NCBI GenBank assembly: GCA_951406725.2
Contig: OX597814.1
Span: 162,998,001-163,062,000, forward strand
From: Octopus vulgaris
Taxonomy: Eukaryota
Length of the DNA stretch: 64,000 nt
Direction of reading: 5' to 3'
Part shown: piece by piece, positions 39,420 to 52,540 of the stretch
How positions within the stretch are numbered: the first letter of the stretch is position 1
Layout: every line of letters begins with the position of its first letter
Position numbers and translations under genes: made by a program
Notes under the pieces: generated by a model
What the model saw: the letters and a program-made list of their open reading frames with translations, nothing else
Told to the model about the DNA's origin: nothing
The model's database searches: none

Positions 39420-39453
<34 letters not shown>

Positions 39454-39905
39454 TGTATGTATGTATGTATGCATGCACGTATGTATGCATGCACGTATGT
39501 ATGCATGTATGTATGTATGTATGTGTGTATGTATGTATGTACGTATATATGCATGTACGTATGTATGTATGTATGCATGTATATATGTATGTGTGTATGT
39601 ATGTATGTATGTACGTATATATGTATGTACGTATGTATGTATGTATGTATGTATGCATGTATATATGTATGTATGTATGTATGCATGTATATATGTATGT
39701 GTGTGTATGTATGCATGTATGTATGTGTGTATGTATGTATGTATGTATGTATGTATATATGTATGTACGTATATATGTATGTATGTATGTATGCATGTAT
39801 GTATGTATGTGTGTATGTATGTATGTATGCATGTATGTATGTATGTATGTATGTATGTATGTATGTATGTATGTGTGTATGTATGTATGTATGTGTGTAT
39901 GTATG
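39330..39905. repeat. Long degenerate (TATG)n satellite
   Basis: Direct; source of the 369/220/208-aa spurious ORFs. Confidence 0.95.
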
Positions 39906-40118
39906 TATACTCTTACGCTTCAGTCATTGCCTTGCGGTGATGCTGGAGGAACACCATTTATTGCCGATTGTATCGGTCTTATCATTTGCTTGATATTTAT
40001 TTTGTCATTTCCATACCTTAAGAAGTGCAAAGTTAATTGCCATAAGGGGAGATCACTAAGTCGAAAGCAAATACTACAGGGTATTTCTGTTCGAATGTAC
40101 AGATATGCATACACACAC

Positions 40119-40195
<77 letters not shown>

Positions 40196-40241
40196 TATCT
40201 ATATGTGTGTGTATTTATGCACGTATACATACACTCATATA

Positions 40242-40296
<55 letters not shown>

Positions 40297-40311
40297 ATGT
40301 ATGTATGTATG

Positions 40312-40383
<72 letters not shown>

Positions 40384-41240
40384 ATATATAGAAAGATATA
40401 TATGTGTGTGTTTATGTATGTATGTATGTATACACACACTCATACCCACGACCAACAGGCTTCGGCACATTTTCCATCTGAGAGTCAAATTTCCCTAAGG
40501 TATCATTATTATACTTCTTTACCTATTCAATGTATTCCTGTATTCAGTTACGTAATGACTTGTAAAAAGAATGATACAAACCAAAACTTTTTGTTGCCGC
40601 CGCTAAAACCACTGCCAAAGCTACCACAAAAGCAAAACTTAACAATTGTGAATACACTTACATCTTTTGAATAATGTATTTTCATTACCATGACGACTAT
40701 ATTCCCAAGTTATAAATGTCGTACCTATCTCAAGTTATTCCCTTACTACACGTTATTTTTTGCTATTTTCATGAATTTATTTATTTATTTATCTTTATTA
40801 CGAACTGCACCAATTGATACCATAGTTTTGGCTAGTTGGAATCTCAAGCTCCTTCACCATTAATACAATTTTCCTTTCAGCTTCATGTTTAGAATACGCA
40901 TTGATATTCTATTTTATTTCTATATGTACCGGAGATAACAAAAGAAAAGTTTTTGAAATTTCAAAATGACACTGCAATATATATTTTAAAACAGTCTCTA
41001 TCGAATTAGTACGTATACATTTTCAAGTAAAATACTGTAATATTAGTTTTTATGACTATGATACTCATTATTCCTATTACAGTATTTCTTCAGACTTTTT
41101 TAGTTCTGAGTTCAAATCCCGCTGAGGTCCGCTTTACCTCTTATCCTTTCGGGATCGATAAAAAAAAAAAGGAACAACCAAGCACTGGATTCGATGTAGT
41201 TTCCCTGAAAGATTTCTGTTATTGTGCTAAACTTTGAAGC

Positions 41241-41354
<114 letters not shown>

Positions 41355-41370
41355 GTATTACGTATTACTA

Positions 41371-41585
41371 AGGCAGCGAGATGGCAGAATCGTTAGCACG
41401 CCGGACGAAATGTTTATTAGCATTTCGTCCGTCTTTACATTCTGAGTTCGGATACCGCCGAGGTTGCCTTTGCCTTTCATCCTTTCGGGGTCGATAAAAT
41501 AAGTACCAGTTGAATACTGGGGGTCAATGAAATCGACTCATCCCCTTCTCAAAAATTGTTGCCCTTGTGACAAAATTTGAAACAA
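41371..41585 (+). mobile_element. SINE family A
   Basis: Head, core, tail type 2. Confidence 0.85.
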
Positions 41586-41597
41586 TTATTTTTATTG

Positions 41598-41638
<41 letters not shown>

Positions 41639-41695
41639 TATAATAATAATAATAATAATTGGCATGAACTGCTCTCTCACTCAATAATAATAATA

Positions 41696-41996
41696 AAGGG
41701 GCTGATTGCTACCTAACTCAGATACCAGGAAACCCCAAAATGGCAGAAATTCAAAAGATAGTGCTCATGGGAACTGCTCATATCCTACGCAAAATACTTT
41801 CTATGCAATCTCAAGTTTTAAAATAAACATAATTTTCGTTTTTTTTTTAAACATTCTCTAGTATAACACTGAATACAAAACCAAATATATGGCACACTAG
41901 TCATAACAACAACATGAACTTCCAACCTGTTGTCTCTTGAGGTCTCTGAGTGATACATTGGAGCCAATTAGTACAAATATAAAGCAAAAGTCAAAC
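41696..41996 (+). pseudogene. Dong/R4-clade LINE 3' end inserted in (TAA)n
   Basis: GADCYLTQIPGNPKMAEIQKIVLMGTAHILRKILS...* plus 3' UTR; (TAA)n on both sides. Confidence 0.82.
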
Positions 41997-42047
<51 letters not shown>

Positions 42048-42115
42048 TCAAATTTTGGCACAAAGCCAACAATTTGAGGAGAGCGGGTAAGTCGATTGTA
42101 TCGACTTCAGTACTA

Positions 42116-42762
42116 AGGTGACGAGATGGCAGAATTGTTTGCACACCGGGCGAAATGCTTAGCGGTATTTCGTCTGCCGTTATGTTCTGAGTTCAAATTC
42201 AGCCGAGGTCGACTTTTCCTTTCATCCTTTTGGGGTCGATAAATTAAGTACCAGTTACGCACTGCAGTCGATATAATCGACTTAATCCCTTTATCTGTCC
42301 TTGCCTCTCCCCTCTATGTTTAGCTCCTTGTGGGCAATAAAGAAATAAAAATTGCTTGCACACCGGGCGAAATGTTTAGTGGTATTTCATCCATCTTTAT
42401 GTTCTGAGTTCAAATCTCACCGAGGACAACTTTGCCTTTCAAACTTTCGGAGCCGATAAAATAAGGTACCAGTCAAGTACTGGGGTTGATAATATCGACT
42501 AACACCTTCACCTCAAAATTACTGGTCTTCTGCCAAAATTTGAAAGCAGAATCAGCGAGTTAGCAGAATCGTTAGCTTGTCAGAAAAATTGCCTAACGGC
42601 ATTTCTTCCGGTTCTTTGCTTTCTGAGTTCAAATTACATAGAAGTCGAGTTTGCCCGTCATCCTTTTGGAAGGGATAAAATAAAGCACCAACCAAGTATT
42701 AAGGTCGATACAATCGACATATCTGCTATCCTCAAATTGTTGGCTCTATGCCAAAACTACTA
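42116..42762 (+). mobile_element. Three tandem SINE family A copies
   Basis: Copies at about 42116-42347, 42352-42546 and 42553-42762; short inverted tail fragment at 42048-42112. Confidence 0.85.
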
Positions 42763-42767
42763 GTATT

Positions 42768-42798
<31 letters not shown>

Positions 42799-42812
42799 TT
42801 ATTATTATTATT

Positions 42813-42845
<33 letters not shown>

Positions 42846-42849
42846 GTCA

Positions 42850-42910
<61 letters not shown>

Positions 42911-42977
42911 TGTCTTTGGCACCACACAATTAAAAACAGAAGACATCTATCGAAAATAATTTTAAAATATTAACAAT

Positions 42978-43143
42978 AGGCGCAGGAGTGGCTGTGTGGT
43001 AAGTAGCTTGCTAACCAACCACATGATTCCGGGTTCAGTCCCACTGTGTGGCATCTTGGGCAAGTGTCTTCTGTTATAGCCCCGGGCCGACCAATGCCTT
43101 GTGAGTGGATTTAGTAGACGGAAACTTAAAGAAGCCTGTCGTA

Positions 43144-43204
<61 letters not shown>

Positions 43205-43429
43205 GTGTGTCTGTGTTTCTGTGTCTGTGTTTGTCCCCCTAGCATTGCTTGACAACCGATGCTGGTGTGTTTATGTCCCCGTTACTTAGCGGTTCGGCAA
43301 AAGAGACCGATAGAATAAGTACTGGGCTTACAAAGAATAAGTCCCGGGGTCGAGTTGCTCGATTAAAGGCGGTGCTCCAGCATGGTCACAGTCAAATGAC
43401 TGAAACAAGTAAAAGAGAGAGAAAAGAGT
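42978..43429 (+). mobile_element. SINE family B, full length
   Basis: AGGCGCAGGAGTGGCTGTGTGG head, GGTTCAGTCCC B-box-like, GGCATCTTGGGCAAGTGTC CORE-like domain, internal (TA)n, tail ending in AAAAGAG repeats. Confidence 0.92.
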
Positions 43430-44004
43430 AATATGTTGAAATTTACCAGCCAACCAACAAGAGAACAATAAAGATGAGGTTGCCTCTGGAAGTCTCCTCT
43501 TTACAACGACGTCCGTTTTGGAGTAGAGAGGCTGCAATGACATCAACAACAATACAATGTCCATCAACAGCCTTCAGTGAAACAACATACCAAGGAACAG
43601 CGGAAACAACGAAAACAGCAACGTCACTATAACAACTTAAATTGCTTAAATACCGCAGAATCAACAGCCATCACCAAATTTAGTACTGCTCTCACTAAGG
43701 CACCCGACAACTGCTACAGCAATAACGATAACAACAATAACGACATCAACAGCAATGACTTCGTCGCCACCAGCCAATACCACCACTGTCACCGCGACTT
43801 TTGTTATTGGTGTTGACGTTGTCAGTCACTAATATTGCGTTGTATGTAAGAGAGAGCGTGTAATATTTATTGATGTTGATCAATAAATTTCATCGAAATA
43901 TAACAAAAGCACTTCCTGATTGTTGGAACTCCGTTATTAATATAGTCATGTGTGTGTGTATTATTATTATTTATATTTGTATGTATGTACATATATATAT
44001 ATAT

Positions 44005-44410
44005 AGGGGTGGCTGTGTGGTAAGTAGCTTGCCTACTAACCACATGGTTCCGGGTTCAGTCCCACTGCGTGGCACTTTGGGCAAGTGTCTTCTACTATAG
44101 CCTCGGGCCGACCAAAGCCTTGTGAGTGGATTTGGTAGACGGAAACTGAAAGAAGCCCGTCGTATATATGTATATATATATATATGTGTGCATGTATGTT
44201 TGTGTGTCTGTGTCTATCCCCCCAGCATTGCTTGACAACCGATGCTGGTGTGTTTATGTCCCCGTCATTTAGCGGTTCGGCAAAAAGAGACCGATAGAAT
44301 AAGTACTGGGCTTACAAAGAATAAGTCCCGGGGTCGAGTTGCTCAACTAAAGGCGGTGCTCCAGCATGGCCGCAGTCAAATGACTGAAACAAGTAAAAGA
44401 GTAAAAGAGT

Positions 44411-44411
<1 letters not shown>
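44005..44411 (+). mobile_element. SINE family B, near full length
   Basis: Same structure as 42978-43429. Confidence 0.92.
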
Positions 44412-44456
<45 letters not shown>

Positions 44457-44457
44457 T

Positions 44458-44535
<78 letters not shown>

Positions 44536-44585
44536 GAATAAATAAATAAATGGAGTTGAACGAAGATGTTAATAAAATTACTTTA

Positions 44586-44651
44586 CTTTCGACATATGTT
44601 TCGAAGACAAAGGAATAGACGGTGTAAGATGCAATCTTCTCATCAGGAAAG
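44586..44651 (-). ncRNA. Type I hammerhead ribozyme (perfect, Penelope-type)
   Basis: Minus: CTTTC CTGATGA GAAGA-(27-nt loop)-TCTTC GAAA CATATG TC GAAAG; all stems Watson-Crick; GUC triplet; cleavage predicted between 44591 and 44590. Confidence 0.93.
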
Positions 44652-44949
44652 AAACGGTTCATTGAATTTTCCATGTTAACGGTAAACATAGGATAATTCA
44701 TTCACCCATCGAAATATATATATATATATTCAGGTAACACAACGCACTCCTAATTTTTTACCTATATGTATATGTGTGTATGTGCGTGGGGGGGTATACA
44801 TATATAGTTATACACATAAACGTGCGTGTGTATGCACAATTCATTTTGGGTTGCAATTAATCAAATTATTACAAAATGCATTATTCCATACCAGTTTCTA
44901 TCCTAATAGGTGACAACTATAATATTGTGTGTGTGTGTGTGTGTGTGTG

Positions 44950-44999
<50 letters not shown>

Positions 45000-45001
<2 letters not shown>

Positions 45002-45181
45002 TCAGAATAAGATAAAAATCCAAGGCTGTGAAATATTTCAGAACATTTATAGATAGGTCTTACAGCTGTTTCCGGGATATTTTATATACCCCTTCATAAA
45101 ATATCTCGGAAACAGCTGTAAGACCTATTTATAAATGTTCTGAAATCTTTCCCAGCCTTGGATTTTTATCTCATTCTGAAA
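45000..45181. repeat. 86-bp-arm inverted repeat built from two hammerhead 3' halves
   Basis: Arms 45000-45085 and 45096-45181, 5 mismatches, 10-nt loop; each arm carries GAAACAGCTGTAAGAC. Confidence 0.9.
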
Positions 45182-45368
45182 TTTTTTTTAATATATGCAC
45201 ATATATGACTTATGTTAGATATATGACCTATGTTGGACTCCTCATTCGCATAATCACCAAACCTGGAGTGTAACTATAATCTGTCCATAGCACTTATTCA
45301 ACATTACATGATACCTTTGCGTTTTATTGACACCATTACCTCCCATAATCTAAATATATATATATAAT

Positions 45369-45609
45369 AAGTGGCTCTCAAACTGGCCCTTGTAGGTCTA
45401 TATAAGATTTTGTTAAAATTTATGCGCAGTAAATTGGTCATACTTCTACAATACACAAAATATTTACACATTTTTTATACAGTTCATAATAATATTTAAT
45501 CGTAAAATGTAATAGGAGCTTTTAGAGACCGAATGGCTATGAGGGTCCCCTATCCGAGTAAAATAGAAATCAAAGGGGTCCATAGATAAAAAATGTTCGA
45601 GAACCACTG
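45369..45609. mobile_element. hAT-type MITE (degenerate)
   Basis: AGTGGCTCTCAAAC ... GTTCGAGAACCACTG termini. Confidence 0.65.
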
Positions 45610-46168
45610 GACTATAAGCAGCCTTGCTATTATAAATACACTTGCCAACAAGGAAGGTAATGCTATGTACGTGAAAATAGTTAGATAGAGGCAAGGGATA
45701 AACTGTTTGGTTTTTTTTTTACAAATATTGATATTTAAAATTAATATTTAAAATACGTGTAGCAACTGATTATCGATTAAAACTTAATTTCAAAAGTGTA
45801 ACGGCTGGTTGTCAGCCACCAACTAAATTATATTTTAGTGTTTCGAATGGAATTAGCAATTCTTGGCAGCAGTCTAAATCAGTTATTAAACATATTAGGT
45901 AACTAGTACAATTTCTTAGCACTAGTCATACCATGTTGTAAACATAACAAGTAACAAGGTAGTAACACTATGAATATTAGATTATTCTCGCAAAAGGGAG
46001 AACAAATATATCTTCCCAAAAATTGATTTTAAAATCTAAATTAAAAATAGGTATTGTAATTGAGTATCGATTAAAACACATTTTTTAAGGTGATGGCCAG
46101 CTTTTACTCGTTATAATCACAATGGGTTACAAGGAACTTAACGCAACGTTGGTTACATATTTTTAAAG

Positions 46169-47083
46169 ATGAGGCGAGTGAAAAGTTTTGCAATATTTGC
46201 ATACATGCTACTTTGAAGCGTGTATACCTCATGACGAAAGCAGTTCAAACCATGGAAGGAGCATCCTGAGGTTAGTAGTATCGTAGTCGTTGGTGCGCTG
46301 ACACGTTGAGTATTGCATCAATCCGTATGTAATTTGAAAGCCGCACGGATAAACGTGCATCGTAGTTTAATTTCGGAACTCATGTTTTACGAGTTTGAAC
46401 TGCGCCATAACTCCGCGGAAGTAACCGAAAGCATTTGTTGTGCGAAAGGTAAAAGTAAAGGTAAAGGCGCAGTTGATCACAGCACAGTAACCAGATGGTT
46501 AAAGAAATTTCGCGAGGGTTAAAACAATCTCAACAATCAGTCAAGTACAGGAAAGCCTAAAACCGGGGATTCTGAAGAGTGCTCCAAACCATAGAGCCAA
46601 ATTCGGCAAGTAACACTCAGAGTGTATCAAGCGAACTCAGCATCTCACGGGCGTGTGCCATTGTGCGTAAAAATACCTGGCATTGGTTAACAGAAAGTGA
46701 GCTCTTCTACAGCAACACAATGCAAGACCTCACGCCACTTGAACAACTCAGAATAAGCACCAGGAACTTGAAAGAATTGAACTGATGCCACACCCAGCAT
46801 ATTGTCCGGACTTGCCTTCCTCGGATTATTATTTGTTCCGATTCATGGCTCACTTCCTGTGCTCGTTACACTTTACCAACCAAGAGAAGGTCAGTGAAGG
46901 AGTGTTTTTGCCTCGAAGGACAAGAACTGGTATCAGGATGGGATAAAAAAAACTGGCAGAAAGGTGACTTTAGAAGGTGCGACACGATGGCCTCTATTTT
47001 GAAAGCTAGGCTGCTTTTGTTATAACTTGACGTGTAAAGCAAATAAGTAACCAAAATATTGCAAGACTTTTGACTCGACACAA
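46169..47083 (+). mobile_element. Decayed, internally deleted mariner
   Basis: TIR-like GAGTGAAAAGTTTTGCAATATTT / AAATATTGCAAGACTTTTGACTC; FYEFELRHNSAE..VDHSTVTRWLKKF, HNARPH, HPAYCPDLPSSDYYLF. Confidence 0.82.
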
Positions 47084-47216
47084 TAGTTTCAAAAATATTG
47101 ATACATGAATTTTTTTAAATGTCACAATTTAACATCGATTTAAGCTTATCTTATTTTTTTCCATAAAATCAATTTTTAATTCCTTGTTGTATTTTCTGCA
47201 CACAGGTAAAATGGGG

Positions 47217-47301
<85 letters not shown>

Positions 47302-47338
47302 TATACGTATATGTGTATGTATATATATACACATATAC

Positions 47339-47505
47339 AGGCGCAGGAGTGGCTGTGTAGTAAGTAGCTTGCTAACAAACCACATGGTTCCGGGTTCAGT
47401 CCTACTGCGTGGCATCTTGGGCAAGTGTCTTCTGCTATAGCCCCGGGCCGACCAATGCCTTGTGAGTGGATTTGGTAGACGGAAACTGAAAGAAAGCCTG
47501 TCGTA

Positions 47506-47560
<55 letters not shown>

Positions 47561-47780
47561 ATATGTGTTTGTGTGTCTGTGTTTGTCCTCCTAGCATTGC
47601 TTGACAACCGATACTGGTGTGTTTACGTCACCGTAAGTTAGCGGTTCGGCAAAAGAGACCGATAGAATAAGTACTGGGCTTACAAAGAATAAGTCCCGGG
47701 GTCGATTTGCTCGACTAAAGGCGGTGCTCCAGCATGGCCGCAGTCAAATGACTGAAACAAATAAAAGAGAGAGTAAAGAG
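47339..47780 (+). mobile_element. SINE family B, full length
   Basis: Same structure as 42978-43429. Confidence 0.92.
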
Positions 47781-48055
<275 letters not shown>

Positions 48056-48660
48056 GTGAGAGAGATGTACGTGTGTGTATGCGTGTGTGCACGCGCGCTT
48101 TTGGAATTGCCATAACGTAAATATAATATGAAGAATTAATCTTGCATTTATTGCTTTTAACAAATTTCTTTCCTATATTATTCCACAAAGCCGCACGTTG
48201 GAGCGACGATGTGAAACGCTTTGCCTGATACAACTCAAAGAGCCAGATTTTATGGAAAAATTCAATATGATTTCATTAGAATCTTGCCCGTACTATCTAA
48301 GTACATCGCAAGTGCACGTTATAGCCTTCGTTGATTTTCTTCATCCTTTCCAGAGAGATACGTACTGAAGCAGCATGTGACATGCTCTTGACATTCAGAG
48401 AGAAGGAAAAGATGAGATAAAGTGTGAAAGATGTACCAGAAGGAAACACATGTGCATTGTATAAGACACGTTGTATATATCCGCATGAGGATGTATTTAT
48501 GTTGCTAAGTTCATGTGTATATTATTGGTGCATACATGAATGTATGTATACAGGTATGTATATAGGTATGTATGTTTGCATGTACATAAACATCCTCTTA
48601 CCATACATACAAACATATATATATATATATTTGTATATTATTTATATATATGTGTTGTGT

Positions 48661-48708
<48 letters not shown>

Positions 48709-48989
48709 GTTCATACATATATATATATATATATATATATACATACACACACACATACACACACAGAGAAGAGTGCGTATGTGTGTGTGCATTGTTTTCT
48801 AAGGAAATTCTATTGAGTTGGTATGTAAGGACGTGGCAGTAAATAAAATAAAACAGATAGATAAGTATGTGCGGACGAAAATATACGTGTGGTTGTATGC
48901 TTATGTGCGGATGTGTGTTACCATAAGTGCATTTATATATGCATATGTCATGTGTGTATGTGTATGTAAGTGTGTGTATGTGTGCATGA

Positions 48990-49039
<50 letters not shown>

Positions 49040-49127
49040 ATTACTCTTAAATTCCCAGTTCCGACTTCTACCAAACAAAATCTGTGATGTCAAATAAATG
49101 AAATGACTAAATATAATTTGACGGTAA

Positions 49128-49335
49128 TGCTGGCGGAATAGTTAGCACGTCGGGCAAAATGTTCAACAGGCTTCTCTTTCGGCTCAAGTTCTGAGCTCAA
49201 ATTCGGCCGGGGTCCAACTTGCCTTTCGTTCTTTCGGGTTCGATACAATAAAGTACCAGTTGAGCTACTGTGCTCGGTGTTATCGACTTACCCACTCCCC
49301 TTAAAATTGTTAACTTCTTGCTAAATTTAAAACAA
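49128..49335 (+). mobile_element. SINE family A, diverged
   Basis: CTGGCGGAATAGTTAGCAC...GCCTTTCGTTCTTTCGGGTTCGATA. Confidence 0.7.
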
Positions 49336-49513
49336 ATGTTCCTCATTTCCTTATGACTCTCCACAAACTTTACCCACTCCTCACCGTCGTCATCCTCTGC
49401 ATCAAATTCACCTTACCCTCTACACAAGAAATACTCAACGTGTGAATGTTGGGCTTTAGAGGGCGGTGAGAGGAGTGGTGAGGTAACATAATTAACATGC
49501 TAAATTTTACCTA

Positions 49514-49765
49514 TCATCATCATCATTGTTCGACCGTGGTCGAGACAATGGAATTTACCATGCTACGCCAGACTTCACGGTCCATCATGGCATTACGGAG
49601 GTCCTGTTGCTGGATGCCTGTATTCCTGGAGATTACATCAGGGTAGGAGAGTGTGCGCCCTCTGGTATTGCGAGTAGATGGCTTCCAGAGGAGAAGAGTA
49701 GAAATTACTTCTTTTTCAGTTCTACAACAATGTCCAGCAAACTGGACTCTCCTACCTTTCCTATA
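49514..49765 (-). pseudogene. RTE-like LINE 3' end
   Basis: RRVQFAGHCCRTEKEVISTLLLWKP...GRTLSYPDVI...AMMDREVWR...* followed by a (TGA)n tail. Confidence 0.78.
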
Positions 49766-50469
49766 GTACATATTATACATGATAAAACTAGTAATGGTTA
49801 TTAAAATAAAATGAGATCTCATCAGGCACAGGGAAATCATTAACTTGCAATGTATAAAGCAAATTTTCAACGTTTGTCTTTATCATTTTTTTGTTTTGTT
49901 TTATTTTACTGCTAAAAGCTTATACAATCCATTTTTAGAGTAAAATTTATAAACTATCGTCCATGTTAAGTCAGTTTAGTCGTGATACCTCACACGCTAC
50001 ATAGGTGGGCACTAGGCAAAGCAACTTCTTAAAGGCGGAGGCCTACAAAAAAATTGTTAGAAGCCACAGTTCTACTCCAACCACACCTTTCATCCACATC
50101 ACCTTCTTCAACAATGATCATATAAGGCTATAGAATCAAATATTTTGTCTTTTAATTATTTAAATGTTTGTCGTTATAGAAGTACAACCCTACAGAAACT
50201 TCCATGTACCAGCAATAGTAAAAATTTTAAAAAAGGCATCGGAGAGGTGATGCTTACCTTGCGCGCAGATAAATTTTTTGCAAATTATAGTGCGGCTTAC
50301 AATGCATTGCTTACCCATGCTTTTTAATTGAACTGAATTTTTTTTTTTTTTTATGTATGTACCCACACGTGTCTACGCGCATAGTACACCATGATCTATA
50401 CACACGCAGACGAGGGTCGATTCATATGAAAAAGAAAGTGAACAAAATAATATGACCACTTGCTTATCG

Positions 50470-50670
50470 GTTAATTTGTAAGTTCGTTTTTTTTTAATTA
50501 AGATAATCAAACCAAATGTTCATCATTTCGAGCCACTCAGCTAATGAGTGTTTTTGCTAAACGTGGTGAAAATCCGTTCAGCTGTTTTCCAGTAATATTG
50601 CAAACACACAGACAAACAGGCAAAGACGAGTGATTACAATACCTTGCTTTCGCTTACACGTGCAATGATA
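50470..50670 (+). mobile_element. Possible Helentron-associated (DINE-like) non-autonomous element end
   Basis: GTGAAAATCCGTTCAGCTGTTTTCCAGTAATATTGCAAACACACAGACAAAC...ATTACAATACCTTG resembles such termini; recognised from memory only. Confidence 0.35.
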
Positions 50671-50810
50671 TTCTTTTAAGAGGTAAAAAAAACAAAAACA
50701 GTATTGTCAAACTGAGTTTCAAATTTTGTGGTCGCTATAATGAAAAACCAATTACACGTGGCATTCAGTTAACGCTGACCTACGAATGGATTCAATATAT
50801 TTCATCTTCA

Positions 50811-51257
50811 AGGCTGCTGGCTGACAGAACCGTTAGCACGCCGGGTAAAATGATTAGCGGCATTTTGTCTGCCATTATGTTCTGAGTTCAAATTCTGCCG
50901 AGGTCGACTTTACCGTTCATTTTTGTGGCGTAAATAAAATAAGTAGCAGTTGAACACTAGGGTCAATATAATTGTCTTACCTTCTCTCCCAAAACTGCTG
51001 GCCTTCTGCCAAAATTTGAAATCAATATATTTCAAATTTAAGGCGGTGATCTGGCAGAATCGTTAGCATGCCGGACAAAATCTTAGTGACATTTCGTCCG
51101 ACTTTTCGTTCTGAGTTCACATTTCGCCGAGGTTGACTTTGTCTTGCACCCTTTTGGGGTCGATAAAATCAGTACCAGTTGAACACTAGGGTAGATGAAA
51201 TCGTCTTATCCACCCTCTCACTCCCGAAATTGCTGGCCGTGTGCCAAAAATTTGAAT
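50811..51257 (+). mobile_element. Two tandem SINE family A copies sharing a triplicated target site
   Basis: Copies at 50811-51021 and 51041-51257; TCA(A/G)TATATTTCA at 50792, 51022 and 51258. Confidence 0.82.
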
Positions 51258-51899
51258 TCAGTATATTTCATCTTTGAAATAGTTTTTGCTTTTTTCATAT
51301 ACATAGGTTGTACAAAATGTTGGAACCTATCATCACGCAAATGATGTTAAAGGCGTACAGCCTCCGTTTGAGAGGCATTGTATATAAGTCAATCACGTTT
51401 TCCTACTTGCACTAGTTTTTTAGCATGTTATTTGATTACAATTCAATAATTTCCATGTTAAGATCTGATGAAAATTCCCCAATAATGCTGTCAGAAGGAT
51501 TTTGAACGATCTTCAATATTTTCACATTCTCATCTAGATCTGAAAAGCGCTGATGAAAACTGAAGCAGACTAGAGAGCTTGTCTTGAATTTGAAACGATA
51601 TAAAGAATTTACTTCTTGCTTATGCTTTTTCATAGCAAAGAAAGCGATTGAAGTTATTTATCATAAGCTGGGATTGAAGAAAGAGACATAACCAACAATA
51701 CGACAAGGCGAAATAATATGTTCATGCACCGCAGTTACAGAGGGAATCGAGTACTTTCTCAGATCTACTCATATAACAATATCGAAATAACAATATCGAA
51801 ATGACATAAGCAAATAACATGAGGAGCATGCATACTGAAAAAGAAAATAAGGGAAAATATTCTCCAATCCTTAAAGAAATCAATAACGGGATGACATAA

Positions 51900-52540
51900 C
51901 CGTAAAATATTGGAAAATGATTGCCATACAATATGAAAAAAACGTATCCGAAATCAATGAAGGTCTGAAAGAAGGATTTCAAAGAATACTGAGGTATGAA
52001 AAGAGAAAATGAAAAATAACTTTTTAGCAATAAGAATATTGCTAAAAAATAAAATAGTAATCAGTATAAAATAAATAAATAATTTTAGAAGGAATATAAG
52101 CGTGAAGGCACCACTGGAACTAAACAATCATAAGTGGCCATAGAAATACTCATTGTGCAAAATATACAAAGTGGAAAACACTTGAACATGATAAGAACCT
52201 AAACATCTGGTTAAACCAACGACACATATGACACTAGCAGAGATTTTTAATAATATGATTAGGGGCTGCAGCCAATACTAGACTAAATGTATGCAAGGAA
52301 AACCATTGTAGACCCCCAAATAAGAGAAAAGATAAACCCTAAAAACCACAGATCCATAACATGTCTTTCTACTTCGTACAAAGCCTTAATTGTTTATCGT
52401 AGAGAATAAATGATATAAAAATTTCTGGAAGACCAGATAGTATGCTGCAAAGGATTTCATGGCTGTAAAGATCAATTGCAGGGACTGCGCATGGCATGGA
52501 TTACTGTTAGAAGGCTCTTGACAGAATTTGGTGTTTGTCA
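51900..52540 (+). pseudogene. Highly decayed R4/Dong-like reverse transcriptase fragment
   Basis: NPKNHRSITCLSTSYKAL, EDQIVCCKGFHGCKDQL, LRMAWI motifs (RT domains 1-3). Confidence 0.65.

Noticed and set aside
39273-40382. 369-aa and other long ORFs rich in YI/MYVC/HT repeats throughout the window
   Set aside because: They are translations of stop-free microsatellites, with no protein-like complexity
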